Source: Macrostomum lignano (Eukaryota). Taken from it: a DNA stretch of 64,000 nt. The position numbers were made by a program, and so were the translations under genes. Under the pieces are notes generated by a model. The model had not been told where the DNA came from. It ran no database searches and saw nothing but the letters and a program-made list of their open reading frames with translations. Below, piece after piece: positions 32,301-45,489 of the stretch. The first letter of the stretch is position 1. Every line of letters begins with the position of its first letter. The stretch is taken from positions 1 to 64,000 of the forward strand of contig NIVC01001748.1 of the NCBI GenBank assembly GCA_002269645.1. Direction: 5' to 3'.

Positions 32301-35300
32301 ATGATTCTTCCCAAATCCCAAATTGATTCTTCCCAAATCCTAAATTGATTCTTCCCAAACCCCAAAATGATTCTTCCCAAATCCCAAAATGATTCTTCCA
32401 AAATCCCAAAATTATTCTTCCCAAATCCCAAATTGATTCTTCCCAAATCCCAAAATGATTCTTCCCAAATCCCAAAATGATTCTTTCCAAATCCTAAATT
32501 GATTCTTCCCAAATCCCAAAATTATTCTTTCCAAATCCTAAATTGATTCTTCCCAAATCCCAAAATGATTCTTTCCAAATCCTAAATTGATTCTTCCCAC
32601 ATCCCGAAAAGATTTTTTCCAAATCCAAATTGATTCTGCCCAAATCCCAAAAAGATTCTTCCCAAATCCCAAAATGATTCTTCCCAAATCCCAAAATGAT
32701 TCTCCCCAAATCCCAAAATGATTCTTCCTATATGCCAATATTTTGAGTACATATAAAATTTTAGCTACGAGTTGCTAAACTCGCGCCTGCAGCGCCAAGC
32801 CGAGGCCATCCAAGCGCACCTGGACCGCAACGAGCACAGCCACAGGAACCTGCTGCTACTCAAACTGGCCAGCTTCCTAATCCCATTCTTCATCGGGATC
32901 AAACGCCGGATGCGAATCCCCGACCTGTCCGCGCTGCTGTCCCCCCTGATCGGAGATGACGTCAAGACCGAGCGGGAACTGCCGCCTACCATTGTCAGTC
33001 CGGAATTTTGCTGTCGAAATTTTTCATTCCCGCCAAATCAGTACTTCAGCCTGCACGGAGGGGTGTCGTTCGAAATTGAGACTCCTCAGCCGACGTCGCT
33101 AGCCGCCGACCGGGAGATCAGCCGGCCGCTATACGAGCAGATCGAACGCGAGGCAGCCGACATTCGAGCCAGGGCTGGGCCCGATGCGCCGCCGCTGGAG
33201 CACTACCCGGTTGGCACGGTGGAGATCGATATGCGCAGGTGATCAGACTGGCTAATTTGATCTCTGCCAGTGTTATTTGGGGTTAGTAGGGAACTTCGGG
33301 CCGCTATGGAATCAGGATTTGGGGATTGAGTCATTCTGACATTTAAGTACATATAATTAGGGATTTGGTCATTTGGGATTTGAGTCATAAGGGTTATGAG
33401 TCATTTGGGATTTGATTCTAGGATCTGTGTCAAAGGGTTTGAATCATTAGGAATTGAAGTCATTAGGGATATGAATCATTTGCAATTTGAGTCATAAGGG
33501 GTATGAGTCATTTGGGATTTGAGTCCTTTGGAATTTGAGTCTTTTGGGATTTGAGTCTTTAGGGATTTAAGTCATCTTGGATTTGAGTCATTAGGTCATT
33601 TCGGATTTGCATTCTAAAGGGATTAGAGTGTAATTTGAAATTCGGAATGTAAGTCATTAAATATTTGGGATCATTATAGAATCGGGATTTATAATATTAG
33701 GTTCAGGGTCATTCAGTATATAGGACAGTTATATTATTTAAAAAAACTAATTCTGAAACTGGACTAATTTGATGAAGCCAACTTCTCACCCGCCAAGGTA
33801 CTACGTGATCCCAATCCAGCTAGAGACTTTCTATCCTCAGCAGCCGCAGAAGCCCAAATGGGTTCGGGCGATGTACGAAGAAATGGCCAGGGCGATGCAG
33901 CAAAAGAAATTGCCGATGCAGGAGGCGCAGCTTTTTGATCAGTTTAAGAAGTTCTTCGGGCAGAAGAAGGCTATCAAGTGTCACAAGGTTTGTGGTGGAG
34001 TTCTCTGGCGCATCATTGAGAGTTCTCAAGCTTCGGGGAGGGATCTGAGCAGGATCTGATGTAACAGGGAGGGATCTGAAGCATTAGGGAAGCTGATATA
34101 ACAGGGAGGGATCTGAAGCATTAGGGAAGCTGATATAACAGGGAGGGATCTTAAGCATTAGTGAAGCTGATATAACAGGGAGGGATCTGAAGCATTAGGG
34201 AAGAATCTGATATAACAGGGAGGGATCTGAAGCATTAGGGAAGCTGATATAACAGGGAGGGATCTTAAGCATTAGTGAAGCTGATATAACAGGGAGGGAT
34301 CTGAAGCATTAGGGAAGCTGATATAACAGGGAGGGATCTTAAGCATTAGTGAAGCTGATATAACAGGGAGGGATCTGAAGCATTAGGGAAGGATCTGATA
34401 TAACAGGGAGGGATCTGAAGCATTAGGGAAGGAGCTGATATAACAGGGAGGGATCTGAAGCATTAGGGAAGGAGCTGATGTAACAGGGAGGGATCTGAAG
34501 CATTAGGGAAGGAGCTGATGTAACAGGGAGAGATCTGAAGCATTAGGGAAGGAGCTGATGTAACAGGGAGGGATCTGAAGCATTAGGGAAGGAGCTGATA
34601 TAACAGGGAGGGATCTGAAGCATTAGGGAAGGAGCTGATGTAACGGAGGGATTTGAAGCGTTACGCAGGATTAAGCGTTAAGTTCGATAATTATAAAAAA
34701 CTGCATGCACTTTCTCCAGAACCTACCAGGCATGAAGCTGTGCGCTCAGCGCGGTCTCCAATCCATGTTCTTCTCTCTGTATCGCAAGCACAAAAACGAG
34801 TTAAACAAGCAGGACGAAAGCGGCTTATCGTTGATTCACCACGCCGCTGTACACAATAAGCCGCATATTGTGACATTCCTGCTGCATAACTCTATGGACG
34901 TGAATGTGCGCAGGCATAATACTATTCTGTCTACTGGTAAGAACTTACTTGCTGCTTTTTAATTTATTTTTTATGTATGTTATGTACATCGGAAAATCCC
35001 AAAAAAACTAAAAACATCAGAGCATTGCAGTTGCAACGGCCTAGAAGGGATTCCAACAAAATCTAGACGAGGGTTGGACTAAGCCTTTGAACTCTTGGAC
35101 TCGGGATAGCATGCAGTCTAAAAATAGAAAACCAGCGGGTTTCCCTTGCCCCTTATGCATCTTCTCTTACCCATGGCTATTTTTAGCTCTCACTCCACGA
35201 CAAAATGTACATATAAGCTTGGCAGTGGCACCCCACATTAATCAATATTCTCTGCCACTACGTTAATGTACACTCTAGGCGCGTGGACTATAAAATCGAC

Positions 35301-36502
35301 TCCCCTTTTTAGGCACGCACGAGCCGCACCCCAAAAAATTCTCTGCCCTTCGTCACTGTACACACAATGTACAGCCTAAAGCATAAAGATCGACTACTCC
35401 CTTCCCTCTTATCCCCTACCCCCTTAACAATTTATTCGTGAAATTAAATGATTTTCTCTGCGTCTCTTGTTAATATAGACTCGACCCAGGAGGGGGGCTT
35501 CAGGAGGGCCGTTGCTCTGGCGCGGTGCTATCACGTGCCAGCGGCCCAGGCTTGATTCCAAGTGTAGTCACATTAATTTGAGGCTAAATTGGAATCTCGG
35601 CTTGGCTCTGCTCGTGCAATTAACGGCCTTAGGAGAGGACCAACCCCCAGGCCCCAAGGCACAGTGAAGTGTACATGCCTAACGAACGATAGATAAAGTT
35701 AGGGCTGCTGTACACTCCTGTGTGAGTGTGTGCCTGTGCGCACACAGCCTCCCGTCGCTAATAAAAAAACAAAAAAGTACCTTCAGTTTTCATCATTAAG
35801 AACTCAATGTTATCAAATAACAACAGTAATTGTTTTGCAGTTTTAAATTAATCATTTTAATCGCGCGTCTGTTCCTACTTTTTATGTCTACGAGTTATAT
35901 GCAGTTTTTAGTTTATTTAATCTCAAATTAAAATTTTTTGATAACCAATTTTAGGCGAAAGGAATAGAACCGGTGAGAAACATACAATATGATAGTTGAT
36001 ATTGTATAATTTTCCATATATATTTTCTTACTAGTGTATATTCTGTTCTATTGAAGTGTGTGTGCATTCGTATCTGCATCATCATCAACCCGAGATGTTG
36101 TTTAGAGTCCATTGTTGGATTCTTCACTGATGCTTCAATGCACTTTTTATGAATGAGATCCCCTACTCTTCTCCAAAAACCTGAGAATGCTTGTATTTTG
36201 AGTTGAAACACTTATTTGGATTCAGTATGCTGCTTAGCATCTTTGTCTGTAAGTTTGGATTTTTTGTTTCTGTTGCACAGAGTACTTATTTATCTATAAG
36301 CATTTATTACATTTATTTATTTAACAATTGATCTCTTCTGCTTATAGAAGCTTGCTTTATTCGCTATTGAATATATTCTTTTAATCCTTACAATCTATCA
36401 TCTATCTTATAGGCAGTTGGCCTCTTAACTTAATAAAGTTGCTTCTGTTAGTATAAAATTTTATGGTCTATCTAATGTATTGACATTTTCTGTCTATGTA
36501 TG

Positions 36503-36565
<63 letters not shown>

Positions 36566-39500
36566 GTCTGTGTCTGTCTGTCTGTGTCTGTCTGTCTGTC
36601 TGTCTGTGTCTGTCTGTCTGTCTGTCTGTGTCTGTCTGTCTGTCTGTCTGTTTGTTTGTTTGTCTGTATGTTTGTCTGTCTGTTCTGGTGTGTGCCTGTG
36701 TCTGTGTGGTGTCTAGTGTCAACTAGTAAACAGGCAAACTAGTAAATTGCATATAAGCTTAATGATTTCGCTTTCCTACTGCCTATCGAATAGACCGAGG
36801 CACAAATCCCAAACCATTGTACCGCCTCGCACAACAGTGCTTTGCTTGTTTTATGCAATCGACTTTGCATTTGTACTGCGCACATTCTCTGCTTATTTTA
36901 ACTCAAACGCAGGGTCTGAGTTGCAGCTCCGGATAGGTAACCCATTTTATCACCGTACTGAAGCTATGATTAATTTAATAGACGAAGGAACATTGATGTT
37001 AATACATGAATTCACTGCTATGTTTAAGGCTCGTGTGTTATTATATATCTTATTCCTTTGCTAAGCTACTGTCAACATAAATTTACTAAAGATTTATCAA
37101 GAAATTGTACTCTGATAATTGCCATTTCAATTATTGTCAATAATTAATTTATTTTGGCGGCTTCCTTTGATGTCCTCACAATTACCTCGGCAGCTTCCTT
37201 TGATGTCCTCACAATTACCTCGGCGGCTTCCTTTGATGTCCTCACAATTACCTCGGCAGCTTCCTTTGATGTCCTCACAATTAATTTGGCGGCTTCCTTT
37301 GATGTCCTCACAATTACTTTGGCGGCTTCCTTTGATGTCCTCATAATTACCTCGGCAGCTTCCTTTGATGTCCTCACAATTACTTTGGCGGCTTCCTTTG
37401 ATGTTCTCACAATTACCTCGGCAGCTTCATTTGATGTCCTCACAATTTACCTCGGCAGCTTCCTTTGATGTCCTCACAATTACCTCGGCGGCTTCCTTTG
37501 ATGTCCTCACAATTACCTCGGGGGCTTCCTTTGATGTCCTCACAATTACCTCGGCGGCTTCTTTTGATGTCCTCACAATTACTTTGGCGGCTTCCTTTGA
37601 TGTCCTCACAATTAATTTGGCGGCTTCCTTTGATGTCCTCACAATTACTTTGGCGGCTTCCTTTGATGTCCTCACAATTACTTTGGCGGCTTCCTTTGAT
37701 GTTCTCACAATTACCTCGGCAGCTTCATTTGATGTCCTCACAATTTACCTCGGCAGCTTCCTTTGATGTCCTCACAATTACCTCGGCGGCTTCCTTTGAT
37801 GTCCTCACAATTACCTCGGGGGCTTCCTTTGATGTCCTCACAATTACCTCGGCGGCTTCTTTTGATGTCCTCACAATTACTTTGGCGGCTTCCTTTGATG
37901 TCCTCACAATTAATTTGGCGGCTTCCTTTGATGTCCTCACAATTACTTTGGCGGCTTCCTTTGATGTCCTCACAATTACTTTGGCGGCTTCCTTTGATGT
38001 CCTCACAATTAGTGGTATCTCGGCAGCTTCCTTTGATGTTCTCATGATTAAATTTGCGACTTCTTTTGATGTTCTCAAAATCATACTGGCATGGCGGCTT
38101 CCTTTGATGTTCACAGCTTGTGTGGTCACGTATTATTTTCTTAACGGCATTTATTTTTTAAGAAAATTGATATATTAAGACAAGTCGTTCCGTAAGAGTA
38201 CCGACGGCTTCTTTTGGTGTTCATATTTATCCTAATTTCAATTTCATATCAAATGTTTCTATATTTAAATGTGGGGCAATCAAGAAGGGTTCTGCCTCAG
38301 TTTTATTACCCCGTCAAATTTGCTCTCTTATCTTTATCTTTTCATAGGCCCAACGGCATTACACCTGGCGTCAAGGTGCGGCAGCCTTGAAGTGGCCTCC
38401 TGTCTTCTTGCCAGCTACGCAAACGTGATCGTTACTGATGCCATGGGCTGGGCGGCGGTGCACCACGCGGCCTATTTCAATCACCCCAATGTTCTCAGAC
38501 TCATGATTCGGAAGCACGAAGAACTGCTGGAATTGTTGACCAAGAATTCGTGAGTCTGTCTCCCCAATCTTAGGGTTATCCTCAGTGATTGTCGCAGATT
38601 GCCCTGATAGATTATCGTAGACTACACCCAGAGTGATTATTGTGGATTATTTTTAGAGATCATCGTAGATTCCCAAGAGATCATCGTAGATTATCCTGAG
38701 AGATTATCATTTATTATCCTGAGAGATCATCTTAGATTATCATTTGTGATTACTGTAGATTAAAATCGGTGATTATCGTAGATTATCCTAAGAGATTATC
38801 ATAGATTATCCTGAGAGATTCTTGTACATTATCCTCAGTGATTATCGTAGATTATCCTCAGTGTTTATCGTAGATTATCCTCAGTGATTATCGTAGATTA
38901 TCCTCAGTGATTATCCTAGATTATCCTCAGTGATTATCGTAGATTATCCTCAGTGAGTATCGTAGATATCTATGACAATAGAGCTTTGTTAATCTCTTTT
39001 CTAAAATAGTTACTTTGATAACCAGCAAAGAGCTGTGCTCAAACTTAATTATTATCAACAATTAGCCGCATAAATTGACCCGCTCCCCTCTGCCAGTCTC
39101 CGCTCCACGCCGACTCTGCTAGCAGCAACTTCGGGCGCCCTCCAGTCTCTGCTGACGCTATTCGAACTCGGCTCAAATCGAGCCTGGCACGATGAAGAGG
39201 GTAACGGAGTGATCGAGCTGGCCACTATAAACCTGCACACCAACATCCTGGAGCAGCTCATCCAATCGCCCTACGAAGACTTGCCAGTCTGGCCAACCCT
39301 GGTGGAAATGCTTGCTAGCAACCGGCTTGAGCACATGTGCTCAGCTGTCAAATGCTTGATTTGCCTGTCTGTATCGCACGATACTCACTGGCGCTGCATC
39401 CTTGAAGCTGGCGGCGTGCCAGCTCTAGTCCGACTGTTGTCGCTTAGCTCGGAGAGTCTGGAACTGGTCCGCGACACCACATCGGTGCTGCGGAACATCT

Positions 39501-42500
39501 CCGAGCACGACAGGGTGAAAAGTGCGCTAGCCGATGCCAATGCCGCGCCAATTCTTATCCAGCTGCTGTCGTCTGGCACTGCTCAGATCCTGGCCAACAC
39601 CAGCTTGGTACTCAGCGACATGGCCTGCATCGATGAGTCCAGGGCGCTCATCTCCGAGCTTGGCGGCCTGGCGCCTCTGGTTGCTGTGCTCGACTCCCCT
39701 GCTGAGGACGTCCGGAGCAACGCTGTCAACGCGCTGCGAGTTCTGTGCACCGGCAACTCGGCCAACCAGCTGCGGGTGGCCGAGTGCGGAGCGGTGCCGC
39801 CGCTGGTGCAGTTCTTGGCTGCCGGCGCCTCGGGTGGGTGATAGCATTGTGTCTCTCGTTGCTGGGCTGCCCAATACACTAACTAGATCCTCGTTGCTGG
39901 GCTGCCCAATACACTAACTAGATCCTCGTTGCTGGGCTGCCCTATATACTATATACTAGATCCTCAGTTGCTGGGCCAGCCTCCCAGATCCTCAGTTGCT
40001 GGGCCAGCCTCCCAGATCCTCAGTTGCTGGGCCAGCCTCCCAGATCCTGTTGCTGGGCCAGCCTCCCAGATCCTGTTGCTGGGCCAGCCTCCCAGATCCT
40101 GTTTCTGGGCCAGCCTCCCAGATCCTGTTGCTGGGCCAGCCTCCCAGATCCTGTTGCTGGGCCAGCCTCCCAGATCCTGTTTCTGGGCCAGCCTCCCAGA
40201 TCCTGTTGCTGGGCCAGCCTCCCAGATCCTGTTGCTGGGCCAGCCTCCCAGATCCTGTTTCTGGGCCAGCCTCCCAGATCCTGTTGCTGGGCCAGCCTCC
40301 CAGATCCTGTTTCTGGGCCAGCCTCCCAGATCCTCAGTTGCTGGGCCAGCCTCACAGAGTGTCAGTTGCTGGGCCAGCCTCCCAGATCCTGTTGCTAGGC
40401 CAACCTCCCAGAGTGTCAGCTGCTGGGCCAGCCTCCCAGATCCTCAGTTGCTGGGCCAGCCTCCCAGATCCTCAGTTGCTGGGCCAGCCTCCCAGATCCT
40501 CAATTGCTGGGCCAGCCTCCCAGATCCTCAGTTGCTGGGCCAGCCTCCCAGATCCTCAGTTGCTGGGCCAGCCTCCCAGATCCTCAGTTGTTGGGCCAGC
40601 CTCCCAGATCCTCAGTTGCTGGGCCAGCCTCACAGAGTGTCAGTTGCTGGGCCAGCCTCCCAGATCCTGTTGCTAGGCCAACCTCCCAGAGTGTCAGCTG
40701 CTGGGCCAGCCTCCCAGATCCTGTTGCTGGGCCAGCCTCCCAGATCCTGTTGCTGGGCCAGCCTCCCAGATCCTGTTGCTGGGCCAGCCTCCCAGATCCT
40801 GTTTCTGGGCCAGCCTCCCAGATCCTGTTGCTGGGCCAGCCTCCCAGATCCTGTTGCTGGGCCAGCCTCCCAGATCCTGTTGCTGGGCCAGCCTCCCAGA
40901 TCCTGTTTCTGGGCCAGCCTCCCAGATCCTGTTGCTGGGCCAGCCTCCCAGATCCTCAGTTGCTGGGCCAGCCTCACAGAGTGTCAGTTGCTGGGCCAGC
41001 CTCCCAGATCCTGTTGCTAGGCCAACCTCCCAGAGTGTCAGCTGCTGGGCCAGCCTCCCAGATCCTCAGTTGCTGGGCCAGCCTCCCAGATCCTCAGTTG
41101 CTGGGCCAGCCTCCCAGATCCTCAATTGCTGGGCCAGCCTCCCAGATCCTCAGTTGCTGGGTCAGCCTCCCAGAGTGTCAGTTGCTGGGCCAGCCTCCCA
41201 GATCCTCAGTTGTTGGGCCAGCCTCCCAGATCCTCAGTTGCTGGGCCAGCCTCACAGAGTGTCAGTTGCTGGGCCAGCCTCCCAGATCCTGTTGCTAGGC
41301 CAACCTCCCAGAGTGTCAGCTGCTGGGCCAGCCTCCCAGATCCTGTTGCTGGGCCAGCCTCCCAGATCCTGTTGCTGGGCCAGCCTCCCAGATCCTGTTG
41401 CTGGGCCGTTAGGCATTCTCAAATCCTATTTAAATGTTTTTGAATCGTATCATCATTAATATTATTTATCATAAGCCTTTTTTAATCTCTTGAGTTGTAC
41501 GTGATGACTATTTGTTTAGTTCTATTGAATTTGCTTTTTTTACTTATCCTGATTTACTTTCATCTAAAATACGTATTTTCTTGCAGAAAAGTTCTTTTCA
41601 ATTGTTTTATAAACTCTTTGTTGCGATTTACTAAAAGACAGACTTTACTGCCTGCAAGTAGTGCAAGAGAGAATTTTGACTGATTAATCAACTGAAAACG
41701 TATATAAATTCGCAGCGCAAAGTTCGTCATCAGATTCTGCAACAGAATCAGCAGCAGCAGCAGCAGCAGCAGCAAAATCTGCAAAAGCAGATCATCCAGG
41801 ATGTGTGCACGATTATCCTCAGTGCTATCCGGTGAATCTGTTCGAATCTCTGCTAAGAAGATACTGCTTCTATAAGCAGCATTATCCGCCAGAATGTCAT
41901 GGTAGTGTAATATTTTCTTATTCATGGCAGACTATAAGCCAGTCATCGCCTTGCCTTGAGAATTTACCCCAGATTTGTTGCATTGGCGAAATGCTTTTAC
42001 TGTGTGCTTTGCGTCAGCGTTGTTGTCACGGGGGCTTGTCTTTTTAAAAGGACCACTTGATGAACTATTTAAACGTGCAGCTTCGCTTTGCAATGCATTG
42101 GCGAAATAGGAATTATTTAGCTTCCTCATGTATCCTTAATTGGCAACTTCTCATCGTAGCTAAAATTCTAATTCTCGTGCGCATATAAAGATTTTATGGA
42201 GGCCTTTCATTATCTCAAAACTTTACAACCTAGAAGCTTAAAACTTGATAAGCTCGAAGCTTCATCAAATTGAAACTGCATAAGCTCGAAGCTTCATTAA
42301 CTCAAAACTTAATAAGCTCGAAGTTTAATTAACTCAAAACTTAATAAGCTCGAAGTTTAATTAACTCAAAACTTGATAAGCTCGAAGCTTCATTAACTCA
42401 AAACTTGATAAGCCTGAAGCTTCATTAACTCAAAACTTGATAAGCTCGAAGCTTCATTAACTCAAAACTTGATTAGCTCGAAGTTTAATCAACTCAAAAC

Positions 42501-45423
42501 TTGATAAGCTCGAAGCTTCATCAACTCAAAACTTGATTAGCTCGAAGCTGCATCAACCCGAAACTTGATAAGCTTGAAGCTTCATCAACTCAAAACTTGA
42601 TAAGCTCAAAGCTTCATTAACTCAAAACTTGATTAGCTCGAAGTTTAATCAACTCAAAACTTGATAAGCTCGAAGCTTCATCAACTCAAAACTTGATTAG
42701 CTCGAAGCTGCATCAACCCGAAACTTGATAAGCTTGAAGCTTCATCAACTCAAAACTTGATTAGCTCGAAGCTTCATCAACTCAAAACTTGATAAGCTTG
42801 AAGCTTCATCAACTCAAAACTTGATAAGCTCGAAGTTTAATCAACTAAAAACTTGATTAGCTCGAAGCTTGATTAGCTCGAAGCTTCATCAACTCAAAAC
42901 TTGATTAGCTCGAAGCTTGATTAGCTCGAAGCTTCATCAAGTCGAAACTTGATTAGCTCGAAACTTTACATCATTAAAATCTCTTACTAGTCACTGGTTC
43001 AACTTAAAAAGAACAATATTGAATAAATATAGCTTGTACATTGGACTCATAGGAAAAGGTGTGATTTTGTTTATAATTACACTTTTTACAAAAAAACAAC
43101 TTTGATGAATTTGTAAAACCATCTTGCACAAGCCACATGGTGACTTTAAATAATATTTGGAAGTACATAATTCTTATATCGGTAATGCATTTCGATCGAA
43201 GCGAAAGCGAAAATAACTATTGTCGGATGCTTATTTACGCAACGGATCATTTCTGCCCGAGAAAGATTGAATGGATGTAGAGAAACTTTTTTTAATTACC
43301 TAGTATATTGACTACAGTTAAATGGATCAGAAGTAGTTTTGTTATTTTTTGTGCTATCGCTAGAGCTTGGTCTCAAAACAGTTTTGCTTAGCTTTTGTTA
43401 AAAATCATCAAATAAAAAATCTAGCGGCAGTTCAAAAAGGCTATGTTGTTCTGATAGTATGCTTGCAGTCTAAATTAAATTGAGTGTACGGACATCGTGG
43501 GTAGAGTCTGCTACACTGTACATTTAGGGGGAAGGGGATGTTTACCCGGCCGGAGTATGTACATTAGACTCTAGCCTAGCGTGTACATTAGGAGTCGGGG
43601 GGGGGGTGAGATCCGGTGGAAACGTTTTTTGTTTACTTCACGCGAACAACCTTTTAGCAGGCCTGCGCGCAATAAAAGTCAAGATTCCTGCAATCCTCAC
43701 TGCACACAACACTGTTTTATTTAAAGTTCATCCGTTCCTTTTAGACAAGAAAAAAACCTAGTCTGGCATCACTGAATGAAAAAAAGCCGTGCACTTTGAT
43801 AATAAGCGTGTAAAAAAGTTTGCATGATCTCACTTATTAACTTTTCGCGATATTGAAAAGATATCCACTGACTGTTGTCAGCAGGTAAATAGTGTAAATG
43901 TACTTTAGTAAGTATAGCAAAGTAGGTAATTAAATATACTAAATAATTTAGTTTATAACTTTTAGGCTTTTTTATATATAACAAGCTGTTGAAACCCGCG
44001 GATTTTGAACCCGGGGAATTTCAATCCCTGGAACTATTTTTGCATGTACTCGTATTCTAAAATCTGAGGTCAAACTCAAACAAAAACTCGTTAATATATA
44101 GTTAGGTTAGAATTAAACATAAAATAGAGTACATTCGTGAAAAATTAGGATTTGAGGCAAACATTTATATTGTTGGCTGGGGTGCTGCGAACAGGCAAAC
44201 TCTGGCCTCTGCCTCTCCTTATGTCCCTTGGATCCTTAAAAACTTCGACCTTCTCTTCTGTTTCCTCTCCTCTCTCTCGTCTCTGTCTCTTCTCTCTCTC
44301 CTCTATCCCCTATTCTCTCGTCTATTCTCTCTCCCTTCTATTCTTTTATCCCTCCTCTCCTCCCTCCTCTCTACTCTCTACTCTCTCCTCTCTCTCCTCT
44401 CATCTCTTCTCTTCTTTCCGCTCTCCTCTCTCCTCTCTTTTATCGTCTCTTCCCTCACCTCTCTTCTCTCTCGTCTTTGCTCTCTTATCTATCTCTTCTT
44501 TCTCCTCTTTTATCTTTTCTCTCTTCTCTCTTCTCATTCTTTCTGCATGTTCTCTCCTCTCTCTTTCCCTCTCTCTCTCTCCTCTCTTATCTATCTCTTC
44601 TTTCTCCTCTTTTATCTTTTCTCTCTTCTCTCTTCTCATTCTTTCTGCATGTTCTCTCCTCTCTCTCTCTCTCCTCTCTCTCTCCCTCTCTCTCCTCTTA
44701 TCTCTCTGCTCTCTCCTGTCCCATATCTCTTTCTCCTCTAATCTCTCCCCTGTTTCCTCTCGTCTCTCGTCCTTTCTCCTCTTTCCCCTGTCCTCTTGGT
44801 TCTCTCCCCTCCCCTCCTCTCTCCTCACTCACTTCTCTCTCCCTTTGTCTCACCTCTCATCTCTTATTTCTATCCTTTTTTCTCTCCACTCTCCCATCTC
44901 TTATCTGTTCACTCTCGTCTCTGGTCTGTCATCTCCCCTCTCTCATCTGCCATCTTTACTCTCTTATACTCGTATGTTCTCTCACCTCTCTCATCTGTAC
45001 TCTTCGATCTTTCCCCTCTTTTGACTCCTCTCTTTCCTTTCTCCTTTTCCCCTTCTCTTCTCTTCCCTCTTCTATTCTCTCCCTCTCTTGTCTTCTCTCT
45101 TCTCTCTTCACTCTCCTCTCTCCTCTCATATATCGCGTTCACTCTCATCTTTGCTCTCTACCCCCACTCTCTTCTGTCATCTTTACTCTCCACTCTCCTG
45201 TGTACTCTTCTCTTTCCCCTCTACTGAATCCTCTCTTCTTACTCCTCTTCTCTTCCCTCTTCTATACTCTCTCCCCTCTATTCTCTTCTCTTGTCTCTTT
45301 GCACTCTGCCCTCTCTTCCTTCATCTCTCATCTCTACTCTCTCATCTCCACAATCTCATCTCTTTCCTCTCTCCTCTTCTTCCCTTTACTTTATCATCTC
45401 TCCTTTCTCCTCTCTTCTTTCTC

Positions 45424-45489
<66 letters not shown>

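Noticed and set aside
41560-41925. Minus-strand 121-aa ORF with poly-Leu, and a plus-strand poly-Gln stretch
   Set aside because: Driven by a (CAG)n microsatellite in ANKAR intron 8; no homology or splice support.
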